Assembly (NCBI GenBank): GCA_963664325.2
Contig: CAXXDQ010000007.1
Coordinates: 928,001 to 992,000, forward strand
Length of the DNA: 64,000 nucleotides
DNA from: Desulfomonilia bacterium
GTDB taxonomy: Bacteria; Desulfobacterota; Desulfomonilia; UBA1062
Direction of reading: 5' to 3'
The notes under the pieces were generated by a model, which had not been told where the DNA came from, searched no databases, and worked only from the letters and a program-made list of their open reading frames with translations. Positions 61,177 to 64,000 of the stretch are shown here, piece by piece; the first letter of the stretch is position 1; each line of letters starts with the position of its first letter. Made by a program: the position numbers and the translations under genes.

Positions 61177-61816
61177 TTCTACTCACCCTTAAGTTGATAT
61201 TCAGTTCATTGCCTGACTTTACGGCAGAAAAACCTGTAATATTTTCTGCTACAAGCTGACCGTTCCTGTACAGACCGTCTTCCTTCATCTGATATACGAT
61301 TGCCGGTACTGTCCTGTCTCCTTCTTTTGGAGCTCCTCCCTTCAGCGCTACCGGCATGTTGCCTTTCGAGTAATAATGCATGATTTCATATGCCCCGCTG
61401 TCGCTGATGATACCGTAATCAGCCCTGTAATCAGCCTTGCCGTCAGTATCAATATCAAGAGTGTCCAGGACTATCGAATCACCATATTGAGAGGACACCA
61501 CCGAAAAATATGGCGGCGTATATAAGGAATTAAAGGTAAGACCCCCGTTATCTGCAGTAACAGGAAACCCTGCTATAAACAATTTACCGTCACTGCATGA
61601 TATTTTCAAATCCTGAGGGAGCAAATAGGCACATTCTACAATGTCCCTGTTAAGCATAAGCATTGCTGTTCTTAATGACTGCATGCACAACCAGTCGGAC
61701 CTTTGCGAACTGGAAGCCCAACCGACAGCAATATATACGCTTGATACAGAAAGCATTATAAGCGAACCCAGAAGTAATCCGATCATAAACTCAATCAGGG
61801 TCATACCTTTGGACAT
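61133..61816 (-). CDS. Type IV minor pilin (PilW-like)
   Basis: KG|MTLIE prepilin cleavage site, hydrophobic helix, C-terminal LVAENI..F. Confidence 0.8.
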   Translation of the reverse strand: MSKGMTLIEFMIGLLLGSLIMLSVSSVYIAVGWASSSQRSDWLCMQSLRTAMLMLNRDIVECAYLLPQDLKISCSDGKLFIAGFPVTADNGGLTFNSLYTPPYFSVVSSQYGDSIVLDTLDIDTDGKADYRADYGIISDSGAYEIMHYYSKGNMPVALKGGAPKEGDRTVPAIVYQMKEDGLYRNGQLVAENITGFSAVKSGNELNINLRVSRNGTTKEISYNYNLG

Positions 61817-62110
61817 TTTTCCCTCCCCAATAATATTGAATTCCAAAAAACCATAAAAACCGCTTTTAATTGCCTGCAGATTGCAGCGGCTTGCATTAAT
61901 ATTCTATATCATACCAGTATTATTTTATATTGTCAATTTGTTTTATGACTAATATTACTATTATTCACTATGAAATTACTGCAGGGAAAATATCTGGCTG
62001 TTGCCCTTACAGGGAATTACACATCAATTAATATCTGGATCCTTACGGCTGCGATTGCTTTTAGGATTTGCTTATTGCTGTTTTATACAGTTCAGCGCGT
62101 TACCTGTTTT

Positions 62111-63403
62111 TCATATATCCCTGTTATCAATTACGCGTATTGCCTTGCCTGTATCATTATATGGCAGACTGTCTGGTTCACAGAGTTCAACCTCCGGGGT
62201 AAGAAGTATTTCATCGTGGAGCTCCCTCACAATCCGGTTTCTTAATGATGCAAGCACTGTCGGATCCCCGACAAAAAATGCCGAATCAACTTCCACCTTA
62301 ACTATCATGTGGTCGTTATGGCCCTTGCTGAGGAGGATGATCTGATAGTTCCGCCTTACTCCCTCTATACCGATAAGCACCTCTTCGATCTGCACCGGGA
62401 ATATATTGACGCCTTTAAGAATAATCATGTCATCCGATCTTCCTGTAATCCTTCTGATCCTGTGGTGAGTCCTGCCGCATTCGCATTGATCCTCAATAAG
62501 ACTGGTAAGGTCCTTTGTGCGGTATCTCAAAATAGGCATCGCCTCTCGAGTAAGAGTCGTGAGTACAAGCTCTCCCGTCTCACCGGGTTTAACCGGTTCG
62601 AGCGTGATAGGATCCAGTATCTCGACAAGGAATGAATCCTCCCATATGTGCATACCGTTTTTAAAAGGACATTCGAAGGCGACCCCGGGGCCGCACATCT
62701 CCGAAAGGCCGTATGAATTGAAGCAGTCCATGCCGAAGAATTCTTCTATTTTTTTTCGGGTTTCCTCGGAGTATGGCTCGGCGCCGACAAATGCATATTT
62801 CAGATCAGGAAATTCCTTTTTAGGATCGATTCCCATCCTTTCCAGGGTATCGGCAAGGTGAAGTGCATAACTGGGAATAATATGGATTGCAGTCACATTG
62901 TAATCTTTCATGAATTTCAGCTGGCGCTTTGTATTTCCCGGACCAGACGGTATTGTCAGGCAGCCTATTTTTTCCGCACCGTAGTGAAGACCAAGTCCTC
63001 CGGTAAAAAGACCGTAGCCTATCATGTTTTGAAAGACATCGCTCGCACGGACACCTGCCATGTACATACAGCGTGCAACGAGCCCGGCCCATAAATCGAT
63101 GTCGGATTTGCTGTGGTAGACGACTGTCGGGATGCCGGTAGTGCCCGATGAAGAATGAAGTCTGATCACTTTTTCAATAGGCAACGAAAGCATCCTGTAT
63201 GGATAGGAATCCCTCAAATCCTGTTTGATGGTAAAAGGCAGTCTGGATATATCTTCAAGGCTCTCAATTCTAATATCTGCCAGTCCCCGGTCCTTATAAA
63301 AAGGGGCATTCGTAGCTGCTTTAAGAGTTTTTTTAAGCCTTTTCAGCTGCAAACCGGCAAGGTCGGCTCTCGACATGGTTTCGCTTGTCTTGTCCCAGTA
63401 CAC
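62111..63403 (-). CDS. paaK: Phenylacetate-CoA ligase family protein
   Basis: LPFTIKQDLR, HSSSGTTG, YGLFTGGLG, GAEP, YGLSE, RYRTKD; GTG start with AAGGAG RBS. Confidence 0.88.
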   Translation of the reverse strand: MYWDKTSETMSRADLAGLQLKRLKKTLKAATNAPFYKDRGLADIRIESLEDISRLPFTIKQDLRDSYPYRMLSLPIEKVIRLHSSSGTTGIPTVVYHSKSDIDLWAGLVARCMYMAGVRASDVFQNMIGYGLFTGGLGLHYGAEKIGCLTIPSGPGNTKRQLKFMKDYNVTAIHIIPSYALHLADTLERMGIDPKKEFPDLKYAFVGAEPYSEETRKKIEEFFGMDCFNSYGLSEMCGPGVAFECPFKNGMHIWEDSFLVEILDPITLEPVKPGETGELVLTTLTREAMPILRYRTKDLTSLIEDQCECGRTHHRIRRITGRSDDMIILKGVNIFPVQIEEVLIGIEGVRRNYQIILLSKGHNDHMIVKVEVDSAFFVGDPTVLASLRNRIVRELHDEILLTPEVELCEPDSLPYNDTGKAIRVIDNRDI

Positions 63404-63490
63404 TTTAAAACTCCTTGAAATATATTTGAAAAACCATGTAAAGGAATACAGAAAAAAGATAGTCAAGTCAAACCTTGCGGGGAGAAATAT

Positions 63491-64000
63491 ATGAAAATCT
63501 GCATGATCGGATCAGGATATGTCGGCCTTGTAACTGGTGCCTGTCTTGCCGAAATGGGTAATGATATACTCTGTGTTGATGAAGACAAGACAAAGATAGA
63601 TATGCTGGAAAAGGGTGATATACCGATTTATGAACCCGGCCTGAAAGACATGGTTATAAGAAACAGGGATGAGGGCAGGCTGAAATTTACTCTCGACCTC
63701 GCTGAAGGAGTCAACGGCAGTCTTTTATGTTTTATCTGCGTAGGCACCCCCCAGGACAGGGACGGCTCCGCAGACCTGTCTTATGTGCTCCGTGTGGCCA
63801 AGCAGATAGGCGAAATCATGACAGAGTATAAGATAATCGTGGACAAATCGACCGTGCCTGTAGGTACAGGTGACAAAGTCAGGGAGATCATCAGGGGCAG
63901 CCTTAATGAAAGAGGTTTGAACAATGTCGAGTTTGACGTAGTATCAAACCCTGAGTTTCTTAAAGAAGGCAATGCCGTGCAGGATTTCATGAGGCCGGAC
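63491..64000 (+). CDS. ugd: UDP-glucose 6-dehydrogenase (5' part, runs off window)
   Basis: [44 protein letters not shown]. Confidence 0.93.
   Translation, partial: MKICMIGSGYVGLVTGACLAEMGNDILCVDEDKTKIDMLEKGDIPIYEPGLKDMVIRNRDEGRLKFTLDLAEGVNGSLLCFICVGTPQDRDGSADLSYVLRVAKQIGEIMTEYKIIVDKSTVPVGTGDKVREIIRGSLNERGLNNVEFDVVSNPEFLKEGNAVQDFMRPD

Overview
About 64 kb of bacterial chromosome with moderate GC. Gene content (T6SS style, DUF6178, PSP1-metG, sigma-54 systems, PilY1 style) suggests an anaerobic deltaproteobacterium (Desulfobacterota-like); this is inference. The first 13.8 kb is the 5' half of a minus-strand type VI secretion locus (tssJ-K-L-M-tagF-tagJ-tssA-tssB-tssC, running off the window). 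Two unusual genes lead it. One is a ~668-aa protein that reads as a degenerate Ser/Thr kinase fold with a Cys-rich insertion and a tail of four acidic E/xT-I/V-I/M-I/L/M motifs. The other is a 243-aa protein resembling the C-terminal domain of TagH/Fha without an FHA domain. With TagF, these are the best candidate here for an undescribed T6SS regulatory module. The rest is mostly metabolic and housekeeping: enoyl-CoA isomerase, M24 hydrolase, amidohydrolase, FGGY kinase, tatA, MMPL pair, ilvE, TetR-TolC-MFP-RND efflux, CoA-transferase/GNAT fusion, STAS plus a frameshifted PP2C/HATPase, csp, uvrB, Kdo-kinase-like, plsC, CrtI-like oxidoreductase, purB, metG, a sigma-54-driven Fn3/PKD surface protein, a QseE/QseG/QseF-like three-gene system, a PilX-PilY1-like fusion, paaK and ugd. 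Three related ~122-bp palindromic repeats lie within 3.7 kb around purB and a small variable island; one carries a nested 69-bp insertion and one has a different terminal stem. No rRNA, tRNA, CRISPR array or transposase was seen. All family assignments come from motif recognition by eye, not database searches.
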